From Alphaproteobacteria bacterium (GTDB lineage: Bacteria; Pseudomonadota; Alphaproteobacteria; Bin95), in contig CAXXWS020000003.1 of the NCBI GenBank assembly GCA_963665325.3, positions 672,001 through 736,000 on the forward strand: DNA of 64,000 bases, in the 5' to 3' direction. This document shows positions 22,541 to 33,694 of the stretch, in pieces. The notes beneath the pieces were generated by a model. It was not told the origin of the DNA, did no database searches, and was given only the letters and a program-made list of their open reading frames with translations. Within the stretch, counting starts at the first letter, position 1. Each line of letters starts with the position of its first letter. The position numbers were made by a program, and so were the translations under genes.

Positions 22541-23186
22541 AGGCGGTCGTCATCGTCTTTCCTGGGTCGAATTGCGATCGTGACGCCCGGGTCGCGCTCG
22601 AAGCGGCGGCGGGCCGCCCTCCGGCGATGGTGTGGCACGGCGACCCGGAACTGCCGCCGGCCGACCTGGTGGTGCTGCCGGGCGGCTTTTCCTATGGCGA
22701 CTATCTGCGCCCCGGCGCCATGGCCGCGCGTTCGCCGGTGATGCAGGCTGTCATCCGGGCCGCGAAGCGCGGCGTGCGGGTGCTCGGCATCTGCAACGGC
22801 TTCCAGGTTCTGACCGAATGCGGCCTCCTGCCGGGGGCGCTGTTGCGCAATGCCGGGCTCCGCTTCGTCTGCCGGCCGGCGCGCCTCCGCGTCGAGACCT
22901 CCGACAGCCCGTTCACCGGCGGCTACAGACCGGGCGACGCGCTGCAAATGCCGGTCGCGCACCATGACGGCAATTATTTCGCCGACGCGGCTGCGCTCGA
23001 CCGGCTGGCCGGCGAGGATCGCATCGCGTTCCGCTATCTCGACAACCCGAACGGCTCGGCCGGAGACATTGCCGGCATCCTGAACGAAGGCCGCAACGTG
23101 CTCGGCATGATGCCGCACCCGGAACGCGCCGCAGATGCGCTCCTCGGCGGCACGGACGGCCGGGCGATGTTCGACGCACTCGCCGC

Positions 23187-23190
<4 letters not shown>
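22537..23190 (+). CDS. purQ: FGAM synthase glutaminase subunit PurQ
   Basis: [32 protein letters not shown]. Confidence 0.97.
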
Positions 23191-25355
<2,165 letters not shown>

Positions 25356-25367
25356 GGGACGCAGCGC

Positions 25368-25607
25368 ATGCCTATGCAGGCGGAAGAAATCGAGCGCCTG
25401 ATTCGCGAGGCACTGCCCGATGCCGAGGTCACGATCGAGGATCTCGCGGGCGACGGCGACCATTACGCCGCCCGCGTCGTGTCGGAAGCGTTCCGGGGCA
25501 AGCCCCGCGTGCAGCAGCACCAGATCGTTTACAGGGCCTTGCAGGGCCGGATGGGGGGCGAGTTGCACGCGCTTGCGCTGCGCACCGCCGCTCCGGAAAC
25601 TTCTTGA
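25368..25607 (+). CDS. BolA family protein
   Basis: [27 protein letters not shown]; paired with grxD. Confidence 0.93.
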   Translation: MPMQAEEIERLIREALPDAEVTIEDLAGDGDHYAARVVSEAFRGKPRVQQHQIVYRALQGRMGGELHALALRTAAPETS

Positions 25608-25624
25608 AAACCGGGAGAACACCG

Positions 25625-25963
25625 ATGAGCGACGCAATCGCAAGCATCCAGGAAACCGTCAACGGCAACGATGTCGTGCTGTTCATGAAGGGCACGCCCG
25701 TCTTTCCGCAATGCGGCTTCTCCTCGGTGGTCGCCGGCGTGCTGAACCATATGGGCGTCAAATACCATTCGGTGAACGTGCTGGAGGACATGGGCGTCCG
25801 CCAGGGCATCAAGGAGTTCGCTGGCTGGCCGACCATCCCGCAGCTCTATGTGAAGGGCGAGTTCGTCGGCGGCTGCGACATCATCCGCGAAATGTGGGAT
25901 GCCGGCGAGTTGCAGGGCTATCTGAACGAGCAGGGCGTCGAAACGCCCGGCATGGCGGCCTGA
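25625..25963 (+). CDS. grxD: Monothiol glutaredoxin Grx4
   Basis: [30 protein letters not shown]; GGAG SD. Confidence 0.96.
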   Translation: MSDAIASIQETVNGNDVVLFMKGTPVFPQCGFSSVVAGVLNHMGVKYHSVNVLEDMGVRQGIKEFAGWPTIPQLYVKGEFVGGCDIIREMWDAGELQGYLNEQGVETPGMAA

Positions 25964-25991
25964 CAACTGCGTTTCCCGGCCCCCGCCGGGT

Positions 25992-26933
25992 TCACGCCTC
26001 GCCGCGAAGCGCCGCAGAGACCACGGCTTTCGCTGCGGCCGGATAGCCATTTGCCGTGACGGTCAGGTCGTCGCGCAGGATCTTGTGGAACGCCGGCAGC
26101 TTGTGGAACGGCACCGTGGGATGGACATGGTGCTCGACATGGTAGGGCATGTTCCACGCAACGAAGCGCACCAGCGCATTGGTGAAGGTCGTGCGGGTGT
26201 TCCGGAGCATTTCGGGCACATGCGGGCAGCCCGTGTGCTCGGCGAGCAGGTAGAGGCGCAGGAAGGGTTGTCCCAGCATGAGCGGCAGCAGCCATAGCCA
26301 CAGCAGGGCGGTCGTATCGAAATGGACCGAGAGCGCCGCCGCTGCCGCGTAGAAGACCAGCAACCACCGGGCTTCGCGCACCACCGCGCGCCGCCCCGAC
26401 GGCGGAACGAAAGCGTCGCGGTTCCGGCCTGCCGCATTGACGAACAGCATCCGCCCCTCCCGGGCCCAGTAGGATCCGCCCGCTATATGCCAGGCGAGGC
26501 CAGGCTTCGACCGGGGCACCGGCCGCGCCAGCTCCGGGTCGTGCGCCGGGTCGTGGGTATGGCGGTGATGCGCCAGATGGAAATGGCGGAACCAGACCGA
26601 CGGCAGGAAAACGAGGAACCCGATTATCCGTGCCGCCGCGCCGTTCAGCCAGGTGCTGCGGAACGGCGTCCCGTGCACGGCCTCGTGGAGCAGGCAGAAC
26701 AGGAAGGCCAGCAGGATGCCGTGGGGCAGCAGCAGGAGCGGCCAGCCGGGCACTTCCAGCGCAATAAGCGATCCCGTGGCGCCGAGCGCCGTCAGATGGC
26801 CTGCAAGATGGACGAGGCCCTTGCGGTCGGAGCGTTGCAGGAGCCTCTGCCGCTCGTCGCCGCTCATGCGGGCCAGAATCGTACGGCGATCCGGAACCTG
26901 GCCCGACGGCCGCGAAGGATCCAGCGCCTGCAT
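25992..26933 (-). CDS. Membrane fatty-acid desaturase family / MocD-like di-iron oxygenase
   Basis: Three His boxes (HEAVH, HLAHH, HVEHH) plus AEH and TM segments. Confidence 0.88.
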   Translation of the reverse strand: MQALDPSRPSGQVPDRRTILARMSGDERQRLLQRSDRKGLVHLAGHLTALGATGSLIALEVPGWPLLLLPHGILLAFLFCLLHEAVHGTPFRSTWLNGAAARIIGFLVFLPSVWFRHFHLAHHRHTHDPAHDPELARPVPRSKPGLAWHIAGGSYWAREGRMLFVNAAGRNRDAFVPPSGRRAVVREARWLLVFYAAAAALSVHFDTTALLWLWLLPLMLGQPFLRLYLLAEHTGCPHVPEMLRNTRTTFTNALVRFVAWNMPYHVEHHVHPTVPFHKLPAFHKILRDDLTVTANGYPAAAKAVVSAALRGEA

Positions 26934-26935
26934 CG

Positions 26936-27550
26936 CTACCGGGAGTAGAACTCCACCACCAGATGCGGCTCCATGCTCACGGCGAAGGGCACGTCGGCAA
27001 GACCGGGACCGCGCTGGAAGGTGCCTTTCAACTCGTTGAAATCCACCGCGAGATAGTCCGGCACGTCGCGCTCGGCCGATTCGATGGCCTCCAGCACCAG
27101 CGCCATGTTGCGCGATTTCTGCTTCACCTCGATCGTGTCGCCGTCGCGCACCCTGTAGGAGGGGATGTTGAGCCGCCGCCCGTTCACCCGGACATGGCCG
27201 TGGTTCACGAACTGGCGCGCGGCGAAGATCGTCGGCACGAATTTCATCCGGTAAACGACGGCGTCGAGGCGGCGCTCCAGCAGCTCGATCAGGTTCTCGC
27301 CCGTGTCGCCGCGCCGGCGCACCGCCTCGTGGTAGAGGCGGCGGAACTGCTTTTCGGAAATGTCGCCGTAATGGCCTTTGAGCCGCTGCTTGGCGCGCAG
27401 CTGGAGGCCGAAATCGGTGGGCTTGCGCCGCCGCTGCCCGTGCTGGCCGGGCCCGTATTCCCGGCGGTTGTAGGGGCTTTTGGGCCGCCCCCAGAGATTG
27501 ACGCCGAGGCGCCGGTCGATCTTGTGTTTAGCGCTTTCGCGTTTTGCCAT
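26936..27550 (-). CDS. rpsD: 30S ribosomal protein S4
   Basis: [34 protein letters not shown]. Confidence 0.98.
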   Translation of the reverse strand: MAKRESAKHKIDRRLGVNLWGRPKSPYNRREYGPGQHGQRRRKPTDFGLQLRAKQRLKGHYGDISEKQFRRLYHEAVRRRGDTGENLIELLERRLDAVVYRMKFVPTIFAARQFVNHGHVRVNGRRLNIPSYRVRDGDTIEVKQKSRNMALVLEAIESAERDVPDYLAVDFNELKGTFQRGPGLADVPFAVSMEPHLVVEFYSR

Positions 27551-27694
27551 GGCTTTTTGCCGCTCGCTTTCGCGTTTCTTTTTGTCCCGATAGGTCCAGA
27601 CACGAATGCAAGGACGGGGCGCAGCGCCCGCGTTCTCGGGAATGGCGCGGGTTATAGCGCCGCCGGGGCCATTGTCAAACCGGGGCGGGCCTAC

Positions 27695-28549
27695 TTATTC
27701 GGGCGGCTTGCCTCCCGGCCATACCGGGCTCCCGGCGAGGTCCGGCCATCCGATAGGCGCGCGGCAGCCTTCCGCCGCTGCGGCGGGGTCGAGCGCCGCA
27801 TCCCAGTTTCCCGCGACATAACGGTGCCCGTTCCAGGCGCCTCCCTCATCGGAGCACAGCCACAGCACCGGCGGCACCATCGCCGAGGGCCGGACCATCG
27901 CCGCGCGGTCGATGCCGGACTCTTCGGGCACCATCGGGGTATCCGTCGGGCCGCCGGGGACAACGACATTCACGGTCACCCCACTGTCGCCGAATTCCGT
28001 GGCATGGCCGGCGGACATCGCCTCGAAGCCGGCTTTCACGGGTCCGTAGGGATGGAACTTCCCGCGCAGCATGGTGAAGAAGCTGGTGGTGACATTGACG
28101 ATGCGCCCCCATCTCCGGTCGAGCATCCCCCCGACCGAGGCGCGGGTCATGTACCACGCCCCGGACAGGTTCACCGCGACGAACCGGTCCCAGACCTCGG
28201 GGTCTATCTCGTGGATTTCGACCAGGTTCGTCATGTGGTCTGCCCGGATGACGCCCATACCCAGCGCACCGTTATTGACGAGGATATCCGGCCCGCCCAG
28301 GCGTTCCCGCACCCGCCCGACCGCCGCCTCGCACTCGGCGCAGCTCGAAATGTCCACCCGCGCCGTAATCAGCCGGCCGGCGGAGGCGTCCGCCTCGTGC
28401 CCCGCCGCAAGCCCGGCGAGCCGCTCCTCGTCGATGTCGAGCGCCGCCACCTTCGCACCCGCGCCCAGCAGTCCGGACACGAATTCCTGCCCGATCCCCC
28501 CGGCCGCCCCGGTCACGATGGCGACCCTGCCTTCGAGTTCCCCGGTCAT
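27695..28549 (-). CDS. Short-chain dehydrogenase/reductase
   Basis: TGAAGGIG, LVNNG, YGPVK (YxxxK); start at ATG 28549 after GGAG. Confidence 0.88.
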   Translation of the reverse strand: MTGELEGRVAIVTGAAGGIGQEFVSGLLGAGAKVAALDIDEERLAGLAAGHEADASAGRLITARVDISSCAECEAAVGRVRERLGGPDILVNNGALGMGVIRADHMTNLVEIHEIDPEVWDRFVAVNLSGAWYMTRASVGGMLDRRWGRIVNVTTSFFTMLRGKFHPYGPVKAGFEAMSAGHATEFGDSGVTVNVVVPGGPTDTPMVPEESGIDRAAMVRPSAMVPPVLWLCSDEGGAWNGHRYVAGNWDAALDPAAAAEGCRAPIGWPDLAGSPVWPGGKPPE

Positions 28550-28719
28550 CTGCATTCTCCCGTCTCGAAATCGTCGCGGCACTGTATTCCCCATCGTCCC
28601 GGAGTGCAGCCGGGAAAGCGCTCCGGACCCGATACCTTCGCCGATCATTGTCTGGGTTTCCGGCAGCGTCCACACTCGCCGCAGAGCGAGGACGGCCGGG
28701 CAGTATCGGGAAGAGTCGA

Positions 28720-29373
28720 ATGACGGAAGAAAGCAGTCCTGCGCCCCCGTCCCGGGCCGGCGCGGTTCAGCGGTGGCGGGAAGGGCTGGCCGCGCTTGCG
28801 GAGCGGGACGGGCGCATCCGGGCGGCGCTGGCCGAGGTCGGGACGCCGCCGATGGCGCTCCGGGGTGCCGGCTTTGCGGCGCTGCTCAGGGCGATTGCGG
28901 CGCAGCAGGTCTCGGCCGCCTCGGCGCGGGCGATCTGGGGGCGGCTGGAGGCAGCGGCCGGCGGCAGGGTTACGCCCGGGACGGTGCTGGCGCTCGGGCC
29001 GGAGGGGCTTCGCGCCGCCGGGCTCTCGTGGCCCAAGGCGGGTTATGCGCTCGCCATCGCCGGTGAGCTTGCGTCCCGGCGCGTCTCGCTCCGGCGCATC
29101 GCGCGGATGCCGGACGAAGAGGCCATCGCCGCACTTTCGGCGCTCAAGGGCATCGGGCGCTGGACGGCGGAAGTCTGGCTGCTGTTCGCGGCAGGCCGCC
29201 CCGACATCTGGCCGGCTGGCGACCTCGCGCTATGCGCCGCCCTGCAAAGGACTCTCGGCCTCGATGCCCGCCCCACGCCGCAGCAGGCCGCGCGGCTCAC
29301 GGAAATCTGGTCGCCCCACCGCAGCGCCGCCGCCATCCTGCACTGGCACATCTACCGCACCTCACCCTCCTGA
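28720..29373 (+). CDS. DNA-3-methyladenine glycosylase II (AlkA-like HhH-GPD)
   Basis: I.AQQVS..SA, GLS..K, LKGIGRWTA, PAGDL, W.PHRS.A. Confidence 0.92.
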   Translation: MTEESSPAPPSRAGAVQRWREGLAALAERDGRIRAALAEVGTPPMALRGAGFAALLRAIAAQQVSAASARAIWGRLEAAAGGRVTPGTVLALGPEGLRAAGLSWPKAGYALAIAGELASRRVSLRRIARMPDEEAIAALSALKGIGRWTAEVWLLFAAGRPDIWPAGDLALCAALQRTLGLDARPTPQQAARLTEIWSPHRSAAAILHWHIYRTSPS

Positions 29374-29608
29374 GCGCGCTTGCGGGACGCCCGGATCGTC
29401 ATTCCGATACCGCGCCATCCAGGGCTGCAAGGCCTGGCGGCGCTGTCCCGGAACGGTCATTGCTATGTGAAATAGTTATGGTTGATAGAGGTAATCGGTA
29501 TTGGTTCTTATAGGAAGCCTTCGCCAATCTGTAGATGTCCGGTTCGGAGTTCACCGGTGCCGGGCAAACGGTTCGAAGGTGACGGCGGAACGCCGCAGAG
29601 AGGCAAAA

Positions 29609-29785
29609 ATGGAAGTTCGACAAGAAGCAGCGAGCCTCGACAGGAATGCCGAAGAGCGCAAGCGGCGGCGCCGGGCCCTGGCGGTCTTGGGGATGGCGCT
29701 GGCCGTGCTGGTCGTGGCGGTCTTCGCGACCTCGGTCGACCCGGCCCCGGCCCAGGCCTGCTTCCTTGGCATCCCCTGCTGGTAA
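29609..29785 (+). CDS. Small protein (58 aa): signal-peptide-like leader plus C-terminal CFLGIPCW
   Basis: GAGAGG SD before the ATG; basic RKRRRR, about 18 hydrophobic residues, then PAPAQA; AT-rich upstream region and its own terminator. Confidence 0.7.
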   Translation: MEVRQEAASLDRNAEERKRRRRALAVLGMALAVLVVAVFATSVDPAPAQACFLGIPCW

Positions 29786-29809
29786 CAGTTTCCTCCCCTG
29801 CTACCGGCA
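29777..29809 (+). ncRNA. Candidate 3'-UTR hairpin with an anti-SD loop (UUUCCUCCC), cuckoo-like
   Basis: TGCTGGTAACAG pairs with CTGCTACCGGCA (11 of 12 pairs including one G-U); loop TTTCCTCCC at 29789-29797. Confidence 0.4.
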
Positions 29810-29811
29810 AC

Positions 29812-29849
29812 GCAGCCGGCGGGCCCCCACCCGCCGGCTGCTCTCTTTT
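29812..29849 (+). terminator. Rho-independent terminator
   Basis: Perfect 12-bp stem GCAGCCGGCGGG/CCCGCCGGCTGC, loop CCCCCA, tail TCTCTTTT. Confidence 0.8.
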
Positions 29850-29993
29850 GCGCAGGGACCTCCCGCAGACGGGAAGCGAGACAGAACGACGGAACATGAC
29901 ATCCGGAGGACAAGACACGACACATCCAAGGCGGTTCCGCGCCCCGTTTCGCCAGTGTGACGCGAAGGTGGGAGGCGGCGGTGGGCGTGCGTC

Positions 29994-30590
29994 TTACGCG
30001 CGCGTGACCACCAGCCACTCCTTCACCCGCGCTTCCGGGTCCGGGTTCAGCGTGATGTCGGTGACGGCGGAGAGAATGTCGGCGCCGGCCTCCAGCACGC
30101 CGGGCGCGCGCTCGACGGTCAGGCCGCCGATGGCGACCAGCGGCATCGCGCCGACGCGCCGCTTCCACTCGCCGACCCGCTCCAGCCCCTGCGGGCCGAA
30201 GCGCATCTGCTTCAGGATCGTCGGATAGACCGGCCCGAGCGCCACATAGTCGGGCTCCATCGCCAGCGCCCGCTCGAGTTCCGCATCGTCATGCGTGCTG
30301 ACGCCAAGTTGCAACCCCGCCGTGCGGACCGCATCCAGGTCGGCCCCGTCCAGATCCTCCTGGCCGAGATGGACGAAATCGCAGCCTTCCTCGATGGCGA
30401 GCCGCCAGTAGTCGTTCACGATCAGCTGGCAGCCATGCGCCTCGCAAACCGCCTTCGCGGCGCGGACCTCGGCGCGCACTTCGGCCTCGGGACGGTCCTT
30501 GACGCGCAATTGCACCAGCCGGATGCCGTGCGGCACCAGCCGTTCGCACCATTCCGCGCTGTCGAAGATCGGGTAGAACGGGTCAAGCAT
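29994..30590 (-). CDS. thiE: Thiamine-phosphate synthase
   Basis: [40 protein letters not shown]. Confidence 0.95.
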   Translation of the reverse strand: MLDPFYPIFDSAEWCERLVPHGIRLVQLRVKDRPEAEVRAEVRAAKAVCEAHGCQLIVNDYWRLAIEEGCDFVHLGQEDLDGADLDAVRTAGLQLGVSTHDDAELERALAMEPDYVALGPVYPTILKQMRFGPQGLERVGEWKRRVGAMPLVAIGGLTVERAPGVLEAGADILSAVTDITLNPDPEARVKEWLVVTRA

Positions 30591-31359
30591 CGCCGAGCAC
30601 GGCGCGGCCGATGACGGGCGTGGAAGGCCGGGCCATGTCGCGCGGCTCCATCGGGTCCGCCTCCCAGGCCGTGCGGCCGGCGGCCACCGCCTGCGCGAAG
30701 GCGCCCGCCATCATGGCCGGGTCGCCCGCCTTCGCGACGGCCGTGTTCAGCAGCACGGCATCGTAGCCGAGCTCCATCGCGGCGGCCGCATGGCTCGGCA
30801 GGCCGATGCCGGCATCCACCACCAGCGGCACATCGGGGAAATGCGCCCGCATGGCGCGGAGCGCGAAGACATTGTTGAGTCCGCGCCCGCTGCCGATGGG
30901 CGCGCCCCAGGGCATCAGCACCTCGCAACCGGCCTGGAGCAGCCGCTCCGCCACCACCAGGTCCTCCGTGGTGTAGGGGAAGACCTTGAAGCCGGAATCG
31001 GTGAGGATGCGCGCCGCTTCCACCAGGCCGAAGACATCCGGCTGGAGTGTGTCGTCCTCGCCGATCACCTCCAGCTTGATCCAGTCGGTCTCGAACACCT
31101 CGCGGGCCATCTCCGCCGTCGTCACCGCCTCGCGGACGCTGTGGCAGCCGGCGGTATTAGGCAGCACGCGCACGCCGAGCGAGCGGATCAGCTCCCAGAA
31201 ACCCTGGCCCGCCCGCGCCGCGCCCGACTCGCGCCGGAGCGACACGGTGACGACCTCGACGCCGGACGCGCGGATCGCCTCGCCCAGGACCGCCGGAGAG
31301 GGATATTGCGCCGTGCCGAGGAACAGGCGCGACGAGGGCTCGAAGCCGTAAAAGTCCAA
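30583..31359 (-). CDS. thiG: Thiazole synthase
   Basis: [44 protein letters not shown]; TTG start is uncertain. Confidence 0.96.
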   Translation of the reverse strand: MDFYGFEPSSRLFLGTAQYPSPAVLGEAIRASGVEVVTVSLRRESGAARAGQGFWELIRSLGVRVLPNTAGCHSVREAVTTAEMAREVFETDWIKLEVIGEDDTLQPDVFGLVEAARILTDSGFKVFPYTTEDLVVAERLLQAGCEVLMPWGAPIGSGRGLNNVFALRAMRAHFPDVPLVVDAGIGLPSHAAAAMELGYDAVLLNTAVAKAGDPAMMAGAFAQAVAAGRTAWEADPMEPRDMARPSTPVIGRAVLGDA

Positions 31360-31365
31360 AGCCGT

Positions 31366-31569
31366 TCAGCCTCCCTGCATTGGCGCCACGATTTCGACCG
31401 CGTCGCCGTCGGAAAGCGGCGCGGACGCCCTCAGCCCCTTCGGCAGGAAGGTGCCGTTGAGCGCCGTCGCCACCACGGCCCCGTTATAGCCCTTTTCATC
31501 CAGAAGGTCGGCAAGCGTCGCGGCCTCCGTGCGGAGCGTCTCGCCATTCAGTTCGATGCTGACCGTCAT
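31366..31569 (-). CDS. thiS: Sulfur carrier protein ThiS
   Basis: 67 aa; IELNGE, VATALNG, GDAVEIVAPMQGG with the C-terminal GG. Confidence 0.95.
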   Translation of the reverse strand: MTVSIELNGETLRTEAATLADLLDEKGYNGAVVATALNGTFLPKGLRASAPLSDGDAVEIVAPMQGG

Positions 31570-32531
31570 GTCCGCACCCCTTCGCCGAGCACCATGTCCG
31601 CGGCCCTGGCCGCCATCGCCGGGGCGAGCAGGAAACCGTGGCGGTAGAGGCCGTTTACATGGAGCCGCCTGCCGTCGCGGACAACCCGGGGTAGGTTGTC
31701 GGGGAAGGCAGGGCGCGCATCGGTGCCGATCTCGACGACTTCCGCCTCGCCGAAGGCCGGATGGAGGGCATAGACGGCGCTCAACAGCTCGACCATGGAC
31801 CGCGCCGTGATGCGCTTGCGTTCGTCGTTCTCGATGGTGGTCGCGCCCAGCATGTAAACGCCGTCGCCGCGCGGCACGAGATAGATCGGAATACGCGGAT
31901 GGATGAGGCGCACCGTGCGGGTCAGCGCCACCTCGGGGCTGCGGATATAAAGCATCTCGCCCTTCACGCCGCGCAATTCCGGCAGGCGGTCCGCCGCCGC
32001 GAGCCCCCGGCAATCGACGCTCCACTCGGCGTCCGGAACGGCCTCGGTGCCGTAGCGGACCTCGACGCCCCTTGCCTCCAGCTTTCCGACCAGCGCCTCC
32101 AGCGCCCGGCGGGGATCGAGATGGGCCTCGTCGCGGAAGAGCAGCGCCCGCTGAAAGCGCCCTTCCAGGGCGGGCTCCAGCTCGTCGATGCCGGCCTCGT
32201 CGAGCCAGTCGTAGTTTTCCGTGCGGCGAGCGAAGCGCCGGAGCTCGCCGGTGTCCCGGGCCGGTGCGATCACCAGGCTGCCGTGCCGGACCACGCCCGG
32301 CACCCGGGCGGCCCAGAAGTCCGCCGCCCCCTGGCCCAGCGCCACCACCTCCGCCTCGGCATTCTCCCGCTCGCACCAGGGCGCCAGCATGCCGCCGGCA
32401 TACCAGGAGCACTGGTCCGGCCCGAGGCCGGGGCTGCGGTCCACGACCGAGACCTGTGCACCGCGCTCGGCCAGCACGGTGGCGACCGTCAGGCCCGCAA
32501 CGCCTGCGCCGATGACGGCAACGCTCGTCAT
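31566..32531 (-). CDS. thiO: Glycine oxidase ThiO
   Basis: GAGVAG, AGGMLAP, RGVKGE, RPAFPDNLP, NGLYRHGFL; adjacent to thiS. Confidence 0.93.
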   Translation of the reverse strand: MTSVAVIGAGVAGLTVATVLAERGAQVSVVDRSPGLGPDQCSWYAGGMLAPWCERENAEAEVVALGQGAADFWAARVPGVVRHGSLVIAPARDTGELRRFARRTENYDWLDEAGIDELEPALEGRFQRALLFRDEAHLDPRRALEALVGKLEARGVEVRYGTEAVPDAEWSVDCRGLAAADRLPELRGVKGEMLYIRSPEVALTRTVRLIHPRIPIYLVPRGDGVYMLGATTIENDERKRITARSMVELLSAVYALHPAFGEAEVVEIGTDARPAFPDNLPRVVRDGRRLHVNGLYRHGFLLAPAMAARAADMVLGEGVRT

Positions 32532-33694
32532 TCCGCCCGGTATCTCGCCGCGAAGGCCTCGTCGATGGTGACGCCGAGGCCCGGCCGGTCCGGAATCTCC
32601 AGCATCCCGTCCACGACGGTGAAATCCTCCTCCGCGAGTTCGTGCAGCATCGGATTGGCGCCGACGGAATATTCGACGATGAAGCCGCTCGTGGCTGCGG
32701 CCAGCACATGCAGGCCGGCGGCGAAGGTGCAGGCGCCGCCCCAGAGATGCGGGGCGAAGCGGATCTGGTGGGCCGCGGCCAGCGCCTCAATGCGGATGGC
32801 CTCGGTGATGCCGCCCGCGATGGACAGGTCCGGCTGGAAGATGTCCGCGGCGCGCAGCAATGCGAGGTCGCGGAAGGCGAAGCGCGTGAACTCGCTCTCG
32901 CCGCTCGCGATGGGAATGTCGGTCGAGGCCCGGATTTCGGCCTGGCCCGCCTTGTCGTCGGCGGTCACCGGCTCCTCCAGCCAGCCGATGTGGCAGTCAG
33001 CGACGGCACGGCAGAAGCGCTTGGCCTCCGAGACGGCGAAGGTGCCGTGCGCGTCGCAGAAGATGTCGATGTCGGGCCCGAGCCCTTCGCGGGCCGCATG
33101 CACCCGCTCGATGGAGTGGCCCAGCGTCCCGTCGCCGGAGCCGACGCGCATCTTCACCGCCTTGAAACCGCCCCGGTCGAGGAAACTCTGCAGCTCGGCC
33201 ACGATGCCCGCAGTCGGTGCCCAGCCGCCGGAGGCATAGGCCGGCATGGCGGCATGGCGGCGCCCGCCGATCAGCTGCCAGACGGGCCGGTCCAGTTCCT
33301 TGCCGAGAATGTCCCAAAGCGCCATGTCGATGCCGGAAATCGCCGAGACCGTGAGCCCGCGCCGGCCCAGCACCGGGAAGACATGGCCGCGGGCGATCGC
33401 GTAATGCGCCCGGCTGCCGTTGTACATGACGTCCCAGAGGCGGGAGATGTCGCGCGGGTCCTCGCCGACCAGCAGCGGCCCGAGTTCCCGCTCGACGCAG
33501 GCCGCAAGCGCCAGATTGTTGCCGGCCGAACCGACCGCCGCCTTCGCCTCGCCGAAGCCGGTAATGCCGGCGTCGGTCTCGACGCGCACCAGGGTCGAGT
33601 CGAAGGCGCGCGTGACACCGAAATCGCTTCGATGCTGGCGTTCCTCCGGGATCGGCACATGCAGCCAGTCCGCACTGACCCTCGTGATTTTCAT
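32528..33694 (-). CDS. Mandelate racemase/muconate lactonizing enzyme family (probable acid dehydratase)
   Basis: SGIDMALWDI.GK, KMR, metal ligands in DAH, EEP and GES, QPD, PH, PGLG. Confidence 0.9.
   Translation of the reverse strand: MKITRVSADWLHVPIPEERQHRSDFGVTRAFDSTLVRVETDAGITGFGEAKAAVGSAGNNLALAACVERELGPLLVGEDPRDISRLWDVMYNGSRAHYAIARGHVFPVLGRRGLTVSAISGIDMALWDILGKELDRPVWQLIGGRRHAAMPAYASGGWAPTAGIVAELQSFLDRGGFKAVKMRVGSGDGTLGHSIERVHAAREGLGPDIDIFCDAHGTFAVSEAKRFCRAVADCHIGWLEEPVTADDKAGQAEIRASTDIPIASGESEFTRFAFRDLALLRAADIFQPDLSIAGGITEAIRIEALAAAHQIRFAPHLWGGACTFAAGLHVLAAATSGFIVEYSVGANPMLHELAEEDFTVVDGMLEIPDRPGLGVTIDEAFAARYRAE

Noticed and set aside
27551-27660. Structured rpsD leader (S4 autoregulation)
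   Set aside because: Short GTCC/GGAC pairings exist, but I could not define a convincing conserved fold by eye.
29561-29600. GGGCAAACGGTTCGAA resembles the start of a c-di-GMP-I riboswitch or a tRNA T-loop
   Set aside because: The P2 stem does not pair, GCAAAG and the P3 elements are missing, and there is no T-stem or cloverleaf.
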